Source of the DNA: Diadema antillarum
Taxonomy: Eukaryota
Direction: 5' to 3'
DNA length: 64,000 bases
NCBI RefSeq assembly: GCF_040938485.1
Contig: NW_027270982.1
Span: 2,914,001-2,978,000, forward strand
Shown piece by piece: positions 12,980 through 25,500 of this stretch. Every line of letters begins with the position of its first letter. Positions within the stretch are counted from its first letter, which is position 1. The position numbers were made by a program, and so were the translations under genes. The notes beneath the pieces are model-generated. The model made no database searches and was not told the DNA's origin. It saw nothing but the letters and a program-made list of their open reading frames with translations.

Positions 12980-13021
12980 GTTTAACCAGGGAGATGTTTT
13001 GTCTAACCTCCCTGGTTAAAC
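12980..13021. mobile_element. Micro-hairpin insertion (28 bp) with near-perfect 7-bp TSD
   Basis: GTTTAAC|CAGGGAG-atgttttgtctaac-CTCCCTG|GTTAAAC (TSD 6/7 identical). Confidence 0.75.
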
Positions 13022-13959
13022 CGTAGAGCAGCACGTAGCTCCAAGGTTAAACAAAACCCTCGAAATGATCATGTACTTAAGGTTCCTTCATATTTTTGTT
13101 CTCTCTTATCCGTACAAAGAACACCCTAGTGACAATTTACGATTAAATAGGATCTTGAAATCCATTAAAAATCCGGGATTAGTAGCCTTGAACCGTGTTT
13201 CGTCGTTTTAAGATTCATAGGTTATGGTGGCAACCTCTAATTCAACGAGGGTGAGAAAATATGATATTGGACCTTGAAAGTACTAGTTGTTGCATATTGT
13301 ACGTTGTCTTAAAAGACGCGTTAACTTGTGGTGAGATCAGCATTCGTGTTCTAACTCCAACGAAACATTGCCCTTTGGATGAGATAAAAGTTTGAATTTA
13401 CGAGTTATCTCTAGGAATGATCGTGTAATCATGGTATTAGGTATATAGCAGTAGGGTCAGAACGGTCACGATTCGTTCATATTAGTTCTTGTCAAAAACC
13501 ACAATGTTTGTTGCAGTAAAATATCGCAACGTCTGCATCAAGTATAGCTATAATGGCACCAGCCCTGTACTAATGAAAACGTTAATTAATTGCTTCGTAG
13601 AGCATTGTTATCTTGAAAACAAAATTTAAGGTTGAGAAACGACACATTCAAATCATCTCAGGTGTGTTCTTCACCCTTGGTAACTATTCATTTAATTTCT
13701 TTGATAAAGTGCATATCATTCTGACCGCCGAACTGGTTCCTCCGCTTCTGTAAATTGGCGCCCACTTCCGGCTCCGTTCGCGCCCCTCGAAACGCGCGTG
13801 CATTCTCAAACATACACATGTTGCACCAAGGAAGTGGCAAATCTCCTTTCAACCTCTCTGGTTGCGATACAGCGGAAATGTCGGCGACCAAATACACTTC
13901 TGTATATCAAATTGTACACTGCATAATCGATCTCAGCCGAAGTAACCAGGACAGTCATT

Positions 13960-14875
13960 TGACTCATAGCAGTTGGTAGCGCGTCTGCGTCTAGATCCAA
14001 AGGACCCGAGTTCGATTCCCGAGTCTTGAGGGCTTTTTACACTTGTAAATTTGTGCTTAGTCCCGTACCAACGGTGGGGCTAAGGGGGGGGGGGGGGGCC
14101 TTAGCCCCACCGTTGGTACGGGACTATCCTTAGCCCACTTTCTGTTTACACTCGTTTTTGCGAAAGTGGGCTAGCCCCACCGTTAATCCGGTACTATCTG
14201 GCCCTGCAAAATAGCAGGGTTTGCACCGCAATTGCGGTGCCAAGCAAGTGAGTGTAAACAGAACGAAAAAATAATCTGGGCTAAGCGACGGAGACGAAGT
14301 CCGACCCTCACTGACCAATCAGAAACGAGGTAATCAAGTGCTGCCGGTGCGTGCGTGTACGTGTACAGAACACAGCGTAATCATGAATATTCATGTGGTT
14401 TGGAAAGTCCGGGGCTAAGAAATACGAGTGTAAAAAGGTCAGTTTCTCCTTAGCCCCGGACAAGAGATAGTACGGGACTAATTGGCCAGTGTAAAAAGCT
14501 GAAAAAATTGGTACGGGACTAACGATAGTCCTGGGTCAGAGAAAGTCCGGGGTTAAGAAACACAAGTGTAAAAAGGGCTTAACTGAGCAATGTTGTGTGT
14601 AATCATCCCATCCCCTCTAGTAAGAGGCAAAACACTCTGTCCCTCAGATAGGACATGCTTAATGGAGGTCCCGTGTGTGAAAGAGTCAAAACTCATGCAC
14701 GAAAAAGATCCCGCTTAATTCGAGCAGGGTGGATTACAGTACCTGGAGAAGTGGTCCCGCCTTACATACAACTGGACCCCATCATTTGCCTATGGAAGAC
14801 CAGCTCTTGCAGTCGAATATTATGGGCTATCCAGCCATCTTCTCAGATGGGAAAACATGAAACAAACGAACAAAC
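13960..14875 (+). mobile_element. Deu(Nin)-domain tRNA-SINE interrupted by a DNA-transposon MITE
   Basis: tRNA head (tagcagttggtagc A-box, gagttcgattccc B-box) at 13960-14028. The body resumes at 14579 with gtccctcagataggac...atggaggtcccgtg...catgcacgaaaaagatccc...gagcagggtgg, which resembles the Deu-domain consensus as I recall it. (AAAC)n tail near 14860-14875. Confidence 0.75.
14030..14578. mobile_element. Non-autonomous TIR element of about 549 bp (Harbinger-like)
   Basis: TIRs gggctttttacacttg and caagtgtaaaaagggc; flanks TGA and TTA (imperfect TNA TSD); internal repeats of tagtcccgtacc, tagcccc and agtgtaaa; hairpin at 14058-14125. Confidence 0.75.
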
Positions 14876-15865
14876 CATAACGGTTCGATTTGAGCATCAA
14901 ATGAGAATGTTGAGAATGTTATGGAGGCTACTCATACATTGACTAAAACTTCTTAGTTACCATATCATAATGCTTAATAGTTCATGACTATCCATTATAG
15001 GATTGATCAGTACTGTGCGTCACTTTCTGAATACGAAATAGTGTGGTTGGTTTCCTATTTTGTCGTCTTGTATCAGCGAGGAAATTAGAAGAAGAAGAAA
15101 AAGGGAGAGGAGGAGGAGGAGTCGAGGAGGAGGGGAAAAAAGAAGAATGAGAATGCAAAGAAGTAAACAGCAAATCGTCATTAAAGGTTGAAAATAACTA
15201 TCGCGATACTCCTTTCTACGGTATGGAATAGTTCACATTCACCACAATGCATGTAGCGACCGGCTGACATGTTATTCATGACCTTGACTTCAGTAAAAGC
15301 GGATTGATCTGGTTTAGACTCAGTTATATCGAGGGAAGCTGAACTTGGGACTAGAGACTAACACCAAAAAAAACTCTCTCTACTATGATGATTGGTTTAA
15401 GTGGTGCTTGATTTTGATCTGCCATTACTTCCTTGATCTAGCAGATAAAAGTTAGTTGAAATAAGTAACGTTGATCTTTGTTATCATTTAGGCGTCAATG
15501 TCGATTATCAGCTCTTGTGAAGGCACTTGATAGTGGTTGATCTACTTGAGAGACAGAAATGATCTGATTTTGATCATGGGCACACTAAAAGAAAATGTTG
15601 ATGTTTTACATAAGCATTCTCCTACACTCCTTTATTTTGGGGAGCTTATATCTCATGCCTCACGTGCCCCGGTTTTGACCCATCATCTTCCTCTTCCCTC
15701 TCGCTTTTCTCTGTCCACCGTGAAGGTAGTCTCCTCCTGTCATTCATTCCACACTTACTTACCTTTCCTCTTTCCCTCATTACAAGGAAGCTGTCTTTGT
15801 ATGTGGGTAGGCCCTACTTTGTCTCTGTCTTACTTTACTTTCTTTGCCTCGTTTATCAGTTTTGT

Positions 15866-16080
15866 ATTGTAACTACAGTTGTTTTCTTTAATGAAGGGAC
15901 TGCAGACTACAAGCTCTGCTTTTGAGCAGTCCCCTCCATTTCCAACCATTTTTTCCGTACTTGTCTTGAAATTACAAACTTTTATTATTTTTCATAGTTT
16001 GTTTGTCATTGCATTGTTGTATCATTAGTATATGTGTATTCAAATGTTGTACTCGCATGTGTTGAAAATGAAATAAAATA
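15866..16080 (+). mobile_element. Probable LINE 3' end with stem-loop
   Basis: Hairpin atgaagggactgc...gcagtccctccat (15891-15938) followed by a T-rich tract ending gaaaatgaaataaaata. No ORF2 coding sequence recognised. Confidence 0.35.
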
Positions 16081-16934
16081 TTATAGGCCTAGATATTTTC
16101 AGTCGTCGAGGAATTAGAAGAAAATTGGTGGAAGGAAGAAAATCACTCTGGCTGTTTATCTTCTCCTACAGACATATGAAGTCAAAATTAAGACATCATT
16201 CAGAAGGGCAAAATTGATCTCTTATCGCAGAGAAATATCCCTCAGTAAAGAAAACTAAAAGATTCATAAAGATCTGCAGGAATTGGGTCCATGTCTAGCA
16301 CCCATGTGGAGAGTACACGGACAGAAGTGTGACTTATCAGCCCAGCAGAACAACCAAATCCCATGTCGTACGAGAACAAAACACACAAATACTTCAGAGG
16401 AGAGTGCGCCTGAAGGTGAAATTCATATCACTTGAATGTCGGTTTGACAACCAGAGCGGTTTCCAAAGGGCTCTTTGAAACGAATCGTTCATAGTACGTG
16501 AGTTATGCCATTTGTCATGCTCCTCGTTTGATTTTTGGGCGAAATCATTGAAAACGTCGCATTGTCGTGTAAGTTTTCTTTGTCTTTGCAACTATAGAAA
16601 TAATGTATTTAGGACTGCTTCATTACACATCATTCTTCCAAAAGAAGTTGATTTCTTCATACAAAGTAAAAGCAAAAGTTAGTCGTGTTTGTGTATTCAA
16701 ACTGGTGTAACTTTCTTAACTTTTGTTCCCAATGTCTCTCAGACTTCATCCTGAAATGAGGATATAGGGCCTAAGTTTACTTCAAAGTTATGTATGTAAA
16801 TGAATGCGTTTTCGAAAAATAATAACGCTCTTCCATCACCAATTGTTCCAAGTGCCATCAGATTACAGCTTCTAGGCATGACAGAGTCCAGATGCTTATA
16901 GATCTGCCCACATGTCATGTTGTTGTGCATCAGA

Positions 16935-17003
16935 CTAAAATCAGGGAGGTGAGGACATCTCACCTCCCTGCTAAAATCAAGGAAACCACCTTCCTGCTAA
17001 GAT
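16935..17003. mobile_element. Two tandem micro-hairpins sharing the CTAAAAT target repeat
   Basis: CTAAAAT|CAGGGAGGTGAG-gacat-CTCACCTCCCTG|CTAAAAT|CAAGGAA-accac-CTTCCTG|CTAAGAT. Confidence 0.75.
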
Positions 17004-19149
17004 TGATCGTAATTAGCCAGGATGTCGCAGCAAGGGCACTTATACATGATTTGATGAATTGATTGCGGGATTGATACGAACATAATTACGTAGTACAGGT
17101 GGCAGAGGATAGTCGTGGAAAAAATTTGCACTCGCACAAATTTCGTTCACATTTTTCCGTAGAATCTCCAAATGTGCATTTCTGTTTATCTTGCCATTGT
17201 CTGTGCATAATTATAAAGATGGCGGAGGAATCGGAGGTGGTAGTGAATAGCAACGGTTGTTCGGTACTGCCTGGCGTGACAGCGAAGGTTCTGGCGTGAA
17301 AGTGAAAAGCGCCCTCACCTCAAAATTCCTATTGTCGCTTTTGTCTCCGCGCGGGAATGTTGTCACGATATCATTTCTGACTCGTCACTCGTTGACTCGC
17401 TGTGAAGGATTATGGAACAATATCTCTGTCAAAACACCATGCAGCACCGTAAGAGATCTCCTTAAGGACTTAGCCTCTGACACCGTGCCGCACAAAGAAT
17501 TCTACCCACGTATCGAATTCTGGAAGTATGCTAACAATCTTTGGGAAATATTTTTGGCATGTCACATAGCTTCAAGCTGGAAGAAAATATAGAGTTTTGG
17601 GTTGCTTTTTTCATATTTAGGCGTATATCATGTGATCGAAAGTACTAATTCACTGCGTGAAGCGCCAACACTGAGCTCTCAAAAGCTCAATGAACATGAC
17701 CTAAAGGAGAAATTCAAAACGAATTGAGCAGGGTGGGGGTGGGAGATGGCGGAGTTAGTGTTCCCTACCTTTCTGTCGGCATGGTTGGTAGCACATTTAG
17801 GGGCAATAGAATGCTCTTCAAAAGTGGAACGAAGCAGGAAAATACTGGCTCAAGAGTACCAATAGTGGCCTAAAAGACCTACTTATTTTAATGTTTTAGG
17901 ATTGCCTTATCGGGGACACTTGGGGAGTTTTGCAACCTCAATGTACATGTATTTCAGATTTGATCGCGCACAAGATTGTGGATTCCGCATAATTTCAGAC
18001 CTGTCGACAATCGTTCCTCATAAGTTTACAATTGCCGTCAACATGCCAGTTATTACGTGCCCATAATTGAATGATCTGAGTAAGCGCGAAATGCGTATTA
18101 CTCCTTTTCGTTCTTTACTTTAGTCTAGACCTATTTGTCACACATTTGACGGCATGGATCAGCCGGTTGGGCAATTTCAACTACATTTTGATATAATCGA
18201 ATTGCTCTCATTGAGAATGAACTCTCAAGTTGAGGTCGCGTCGTGAGAGCAATTACCGTCAAGAGAAAAATGATTTCCATGTTGTCATCATCTTGCCAAG
18301 CGGAGCGGTGCTATTCGGAGTGCGAGAAGCGGTGAGGAGTGACCCATGGGACAACCCCCAAAATGGGGTTAGAGGGGTCCTTTCGCTTATTTGGGGTCAA
18401 GCGGGGTTGATTTGAACTTGAGTGAGCGAGAACAAAGAAATGGGAACAGCCAGCGCCTCGGCGGACTTTGGAGTCCGTCGAGGTACCCTGCCCCCTTCGA
18501 AAGGGAAAATGAGAAACATTTGCGCTGGCGCGAAAGCGTGTTATTGCGAATTTTAGGCCTGGGGCTTAGAAGACCCTTTTTGTTTTATTGTTCCGGTGAA
18601 TTTGTCCTGAGATCTTGGGTTTACATGGATTTACACAGCCCCTGAAGGCACATTTAAGCTGCCACTTCCTATTCGTGACTTTGGCTTATATTCAGGGTTG
18701 TGAAGGTAGAGTGCATAGCTTCCATTAAAGACGTAATCATTTACTGCTTGACATTATCATATTGTATGAATTTCAGATGTTATTCGAGTTTTGTCTGAAC
18801 TGCATGCGAATGCACGCTTCGGATCACATATATTCACAGCTGGTATGTTTTTGAACCTTGTTGTAGATCGACTAAAAGCTCAATTGAAATTACTGTACAG
18901 AAGCCACTGAAACATGTAAAATGGCGGGTATTCATCCCAAACAAATTTCAAGATCAAACTAATCGCATACCTTGATAATTATATTTGTTCTCATTGTGAC
19001 TTCCTAGACATTCCTTGCTTACTTCATCTATTTATTTATGTAGTCATGTATTTATCATCGTTATCATTATCATCATTATCAAATCATCATCGCGGTCGTC
19101 ATCGTCGTCATAATTTGTATCGTCATCATTGTCACCTTCCTTAAACCTT

Positions 19150-19900
19150 CTTATTTCATTCAACGGCTTGAGATGTAGATGAGTTGGGTTTTAGTTCTTC
19201 TAATCGGATATCAAGTCGCACGTCGGGGTCAGCTTGATCTTTGTAGTGGAGCATGTTTTCATTCCGAGTCAGATTTGACCTCTCTGAAAGTTTTGGATGC
19301 GCAGACTGACCATCTTTTGCTTGAATCCTCCTGAGCATGACGATGTATACACAATATTGTCGGCAAAGATTCGCAAATGCGTCGTGACGCGCGGCGCAAT
19401 TTCGGCATGGTAATCTGTCAATTTTGTTGTCGGTGTAGGCCATGAAAAGGAAGAAAATACCCTAGGAATGCGGTAACAAATTCCAGAAGTCGCCGGCCAA
19501 GCCTCTCGGAGAAATTCAACGTACTGTAGCAAGAGACTGTGACCCCGAAAACGTGCTCTTCGTCGTGTTTTCACTGAGCTTAGCCATTGTAAATCTGGCG
19601 TGAAGTACTGGCACGCCTTTTCCCGAGAGACCTTGCGTGGGGGTATTCGGAAGATCTCAAAATGGCCGTCGAACCAGACACGCGGCACATATTAGGTCCA
19701 TTTATTGACGGACCCATCAAAGAAGCCGAAATCGTTCTTACCATATAATGACAAACACTCCATTTTCCATGACATGTACCATTTTAAGAAAAGCTGAAAC
19801 TCAGCGAAATATTGGGTTTTTTGAAGCACACATCGGCTTTCGACAACAGTTTGGCGATCTTTCGGCATCAACAACGATCAAAGTATGACCATGTGTCGAG
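19150..19900 (-). pseudogene. Highly decayed non-LTR retrotransposon reverse transcriptase (CR1/L2-like)
   Basis: Minus-strand frames contain, in the correct order, LQWLSS.KT.R, PATSG, FMAYT..D.LP, LRIFADNIVY (FADD-like) and KLSERSN, resembling RT domains 4-6. Several frameshifts are needed. Confidence 0.5.
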
Positions 19901-20538
19901 CCTGCAATAAACTCGCCATCCCATGTAGCCACGATGATAGTTAAGAGTTCAATTCGATTCCTTCCAACCGCTATCGATATCCGTGGTGCCTTTCTACCAC
20001 CTGCCATCATGACAAGTGCTTACCTTTAATCCTTTCGTGTGAGTTTCACGCCATGGTCGTGAGTCCGATGAGTTTGACTTTATGAACTTTGGTTAAAAGC
20101 GTCAACAAATTTTACACCGTCAATCTTACAACTGCACTTCAGAGAACTTAAATCATGAGCAGGAAACTTTCTGAAAGTGAGGCTAAGCAACGGATAACTC
20201 CGACAAAAGTGAAGGTTCCCATTGAGCTCACAACTTTGCCATTTTAGGCAAAAATCGCAAAAACGCAGCTTTAAGCTGAGTCTATAAATACCCAAGTAAA
20301 AAGAGTGAATTATTTCGTCAGTGTGATGCCAACTTAAATCTCTTCAGTATTTAATTAGCGGAAAATTAAGTATGTTCATGTCGTTTTTCGAACAGAAAGC
20401 AGCTTCTCTGAAGATATTCTGATGGTTTCTAACAGCACCTGTTTAATGACATTTCCTACGTTTACAGAATTTATGCAAGGGAACACACAATGACGATGTT
20501 ATTACCCATTTCTCCTGTTTTCTCTCTCCCTTGCTCAG

Positions 20539-20572
20539 GTCTCAAGCTTCTCGACATCCTCACGAATCTGAG
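20539..20572 (+). CDS. INF2: INF2-like formin, 34-nt small exon: (G)LKLLDILTNL(R)
   Basis: Long pyrimidine tract ending ttgctcAG; GAG|GTAAGT donor; phase 1 to 2. It joins the 3055 and 36216 exons in frame and matches the INF2 segment GLQLLDVLARLR. Confidence 0.92.
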
Positions 20573-21099
20573 GTAAGTGTGCATGGTTGAAATACCCCCC
20601 CCCCAAAAAAAAAAAAAACCAACAACAAACAAACAAACAAACAAACAAACAAACAAACAAAAACAAAACGTGACTGTGTAAAACGCTGTGATCTCTATGT
20701 AACTAGAGCCCCTGGTAAGATGGCATTGCAACCATGGAGCTATAACATATGGACTCCGTTTGATCTCACAACAGTGAGTGCGTATGTGTGTGTGTGCAAA
20801 CACCCGGAGACAACCTGACCTGCTCTGTCTTGTGGACTCTAGCATTATTGCTCCGAGTGCGCTAACTTGGCAATGTTCTGGTTCGATTCATACCTCATTA
20901 GTTTCATTAATGAAACTGATTAAAAGACTTCAGCCTACATAGGAGCATGAACCAGCGTGCATGCACAATTGCGAAACGGTTCGTCAGCCATGTCAGCCAA
21001 ATCATTATCCTTCTTTCATCAGCTAACCTCGGCAGAGTGGAAAGCTAAATAACGATAGTCAATGGCCTGACTGAAATACGACAAACTATACGCATTGAC

Positions 21100-21350
21100 A
21101 AATACCACTCGCTCGTAAAGTTAATTGCACGACAGGCAAATGTGAAGTTCGTTCGAGGTATATTTTCAGTTCCACTATAGAACTTGAGCTCCACGTCGAG
21201 TAGAATAAGTAGGGCAGGGGAGAGAGTGTCTCTCCTCTCACACCTCCTATGAGCAGGGTGTGGTTTGGAGGCAAGAAAGATGGGACAACAAATTATATTT
21301 TGAAACGTCTGTTGGACACGCCCATATACCAACGTGGAAGCTAAATACAT
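21100..21350 (-). pseudogene. Possible decayed L1/Tx1-type RT fragment
   Basis: RRCERRDTLSPALLILLDVEL resembles the RGVRQGDPLSP.LF.L..E.L motif. Only one motif supports the call. Confidence 0.35.
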
Positions 21351-21843
21351 AATCTCTGGCCCGGAATGTGACAAATGATAATGGTTTGCCTGGTTTCGAT
21401 CAGTCAGCCACAGGAAAAAAAAAAAGAGGAAGACAAAATGAAGGGGAAAAGAAAACCGAGAAAACAAAATCACAGATAGCCCACAGAGTCATCGAAACTA
21501 GTTATCATGTCCGCCATGCCAAGGAAACTCACCTGCGACTCCGGCTAGACTGTATGGTTTGAGTATCCTTAAACCATCTGTACAAAAAGCCATATTTCAT
21601 TTCAAGCGTAAAAGTCAAACACAAGTCGTATGAATCCAAATTCGATGGGTTGGGAGGCGATTGTGTTTGATCTACAAATTTGCTTTCGTTATATATTTTT
21701 GTGTGTAATAGCGCTATAAAACGGCTCCGTTGGTGCAATGCATGTTTATAACACCATTGTTTAAGACATTTGAGGCAGAGAGGAAAAAAAACACCAAAAT
21801 ATTTCTTTCCAAACAAGAAGTCGGCAGTAAAAAAACAGAACAA

Positions 21844-22012
21844 GGCCCTGTTTTATTAACGCTATTCGTAAAGTTACGAACATCTTACGAGCGACTGGTG
21901 ATCAGTTCTGATGTGCTATACTTATCAGAATTTCCATAATTCAGCACAAGAACTAATCACCAGTCGCTCGTAAGTCGTTCGTAACTTTACGAACAGCTTC
22001 ATGAAACACCCC
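21844..22012. mobile_element. Palindromic MITE (CWG-type TSD, Harbinger-like)
   Basis: Arms of about 65 bp: ttcgtaaagttacgaacatcttacgagcgactggtgatcagttct and agaactaatcaccagtcgctcgtaagtcgttcgtaactttacgaa; right end atgaaacacccc|CAG. Confidence 0.8.
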
Positions 22013-22435
22013 CAGGACTACTATGCGAGTGATTTCAAAGTCATGGAGGATATAGGTCAACATACTTGAAAGTGCAGAGTGTGTAAAGGATTTCAAGAAA
22101 TGAAAAGGGGACTCTAAGACATACCTGATCATTCTATTCTCCCCCCAAAATGGGTTGGGTGAGTTAATCCACTGCTGATATCAAGCTAGCTTATTTTGTT
22201 TGTTGGACAATATTGTCTAACCTCATGTTAACAGTCATAGTTATTCAAGTACGACTATTCTTTGGAGAAAAGCTCTCCTTTATGTTTTGTGGCGTTTCTT
22301 TGCAATTCTTAGGACTCCCTTTATTTTGTCATGAAAGTGTAGTGTAACGAAGTTGATTCTTCCACTTCCTGTTTTGATTTGCTTATTTAATGTACAGCTG
22401 TACATAGCAAGCTGAGACTGCAGGTCCCCCTACCC

Positions 22436-22438
<3 letters not shown>

Positions 22439-22498
<60 letters not shown>
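22439..22498. repeat. (CA)n microsatellite, about 30 units
   Basis: Read directly from the sequence. Confidence 0.97.
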
Positions 22499-22503
<5 letters not shown>

Positions 22504-25500
22504 GCTTTTAAAAAAAAAGGTAAAAAATGAAAAAGGAATAAAAATCAAGAAACCCCATGAATAATTCGTTGTCCTACAAGTGTGACATCTCGAATTGTTG
22601 TAGTCATCCTATGAAGTGATGATTGACGGTTCATGGAGTTAACCAAAACTTTAAAAAAAAATCATAATTTTGAAAGGATAAATCGCTTTTCCTCGGACTC
22701 CACTTGGTGTACAAATTACGCGCCTGCATCACTGAATATGCATGATTATAATAATTTGTTGGACGTATATAGCGATTTAGCTCTGATATCATGGTTACTT
22801 TGATATACACTATAGAACTTGCGCGGCTGTGATTGCACACTATGTAGAACAGACGAAATCATAGCTTGCAATATTCTTTTTAATCATATTTTCGATATCT
22901 TTGTAGGTCCTTGACTTCATTTCTCCTGTGTTTGTTTTTTTTTTTTTCAGCAGAGAATGAGAGAGAAAGTTCCGGTAAATATTAGGTCGGAAACATTAAG
23001 ATGATGTTCGGTACTTGATAATAAAGAAGCCCATTCATTCAATTTTCCCCGGCAAAGGCTCACGGGACTAAAAAAAGAAATGAGACCTCGTCGCGGGTGT
23101 AAGTCCTAGGTCACATTCTTCCCCGCTTGGAGCCCTTCAGAATTCAGCGCACGAAAACGAAGAATTCAAGTACATCCAGTGAGACCACACAAAATCCAAC
23201 TATGGAGTGTCTGAACAAAAGATGGTCTATTCCACTCTCCCTTAAAATAGCGTCCATGCAGATAAACGCCGGATCTGGGATCATTCAAGTTTATAGTTGT
23301 AAGCATATTTCTTACCAGCTGAAAGCCATGGCAAAAAGGGTACGTTTATATCGCTTTTTTGGCATAAGGGCACCTTTAAAGAGGAGGAATTTCTCTCCCG
23401 TATTGCCTATCGGTGGCCTTCAGACACGTCAGATCTAAAAGGGTGGATAATGTTTGTGCATGCCCATATGTTCAGCTGTAGATTTAAGAGCTGTGATCTG
23501 TATTTGATCGGACACGGTCATGTATCACGATCTGTGATGGTTACCAAAGTCTACGCCAGAACATTGACAGCATTCTTGGCAACGCGAATATTCATCCCCC
23601 TACATATTCCTTCGCGATATTTTCTATCGACGCGGGAAATACTCATGTAAGATTTATTTCTGTTTGCCGGAAACATTTTCCTGCCTGTAGGCCTACACAA
23701 TGTGTCTCAGGGGACTTTGTTTCCCCATTGTGTCTATATTTCTGCTCTCAAATTGTTCTCAGCTTTATCATTAGTCCATAACTCATTTCGTTAACATTGT
23801 CTTTTGTCGCGCATGATATTCTGTCACGTATGTCATAATACACTCTGTCTACACTTGTTTTTCTTGGAATGTGACTTGTTTCTGTCCTGCTCCATCTTTG
23901 TTCCCGCCAATTCTCTTGTTTGTTCACATCCAGTCTCTTCCACAATATGTTGCTATGCACTTTTTTTGTGTGTGTGGCGGTAACACCCTTGACCTGGCTG
24001 GCAAGGTAATTTACCCTGCCGGTAAACTACACCTTCATCGCATATAAAACCACCAATACCAATAGCCCCATTAGCACCGGTGGAGGGGGGGGGAGGCTGT
24101 AGTAATAAATGACAAGAGTACATGTACAACGTCATGTCACTTCGGCCTTTAATACCTTTACATTACGTGGAAGGTCATTGCAGTAATAATGAAAGAGGAT
24201 ATTTAGCAGACAGAGCTAACATCGAATTCGGAATTTGTGGAGGTGGTTAACTGACCAATGTCGACGGTCAAGTACACATCTTTGGGGGTACGAAGTGGGA
24301 GCTGACCGTATAGAACTCGAGATATTTTTGTAAGGATATATAATCATATAGGACCTATCTATGGAGCTGACATTATGTGGTAGTGTTAACACTTTGGTAT
24401 CTTGAAGAGAAGTTTATCCATCTCACATTGGGGGATTTGTGGTATGATTTTGTCCCTCGATCAAGGGTATACCTCCTTGTTTGTCTCTCCATATTCATAA
24501 ATCCATCAATGACATTCGGATTGAAGTCACTAGTCTATTCCGGTCAATTCTTTTAACGGGCGTCTTTGCCACAGGGAGCAACATTTCACCTCGCTATACC
24601 CCCTTTTCTCATCTCATCTCACCTTTCTCGCAAGTTCATCGATTGAATAGCGTTGAATTTCGCCCAGGATATTCTTGAACCCTGCGCCTTTTGGTTACTT
24701 GTTTAGAGCGGGGAAAATCAGCCGAAATGTCTGAACGGCATGCTCGGACGTGACCCCGGGTCAGACGACGGTCGATAAGTTTGCAAAATGCTCGAAGGTC
24801 GAGTCGGGTAAAGGTCACTATTCTTCTGAGAAACTTGATGCTCGCTCCGCCGACCAGAATTATTCCATCATCTTCGTGATCGATGAGGTATGCTTTTCCT
24901 TAACTCCTTCAGTCTCCGGAAGGAATGAGCCGTAGATGCTTCACATGTCTTATTGGCATTAATTGAATTTCAGTAATAGACGACCGTTTAGTTGCCATGG
25001 AAGTAAGGTTGGCCAAATTATATCTACAACTCCTCTATTCAAAGTATAAGACAACTGGAAAGGCCGTAGGATATCCTACAGTTTGTTGGCTGGTTTGGTG
25101 TGTAATGTGTCCTCATCGGTCACCAGGAACACTTGCATTAGGTGAATTTCCCGTGTTTGTAACCACGAGGGTTATGCTTGACCTTGTCAGGCTGCAACAA
25201 TCCCTTTGTTGATGTTTTGACTTTGTGTCTGTGGCTAGCAACGAAGAAGGTGGATGCATTTAAGCTACATTATATTACAATCACCGGGTCGATGGAAGAA
25301 TTCGGCTGTTGTGGTGATAAAATGCCTCAGCAGAGGGTACAACCGCTGCTGTTAGATGGCTTATCTATTCTGAATCGAGGACCTTCAGGGTTGAGAGTCC
25401 GTGGCCTTCTCCTCTGAACCACAGCAACTCCAGGTTGAACACTTTTTCCGGCGTTTTTAATGATTCAATGAAAGATGATTACAATTCAATCATTGATTAA

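Noticed and set aside
20900-20917. 18-bp perfect palindrome AGTTTCATTAATGAAACT
   Set aside because: Single AT-rich instance with no TSD or related copies.
24462-24596. Partial CAAGG...CTCCTTG (24462-79) and CAGGGAG...CTCGCTA (24572-96) matches; also a lone CTCCCTG at 1437
   Set aside because: No flanking 7-bp duplication and poor arms, so not counted in the micro-hairpin family.
24750-24890. ORF ending at GAG|GTATGC, a possible alternative exon
   Set aside because: Non-ATG start, and the phase-0 donor does not fit the next (phase-2) exon.
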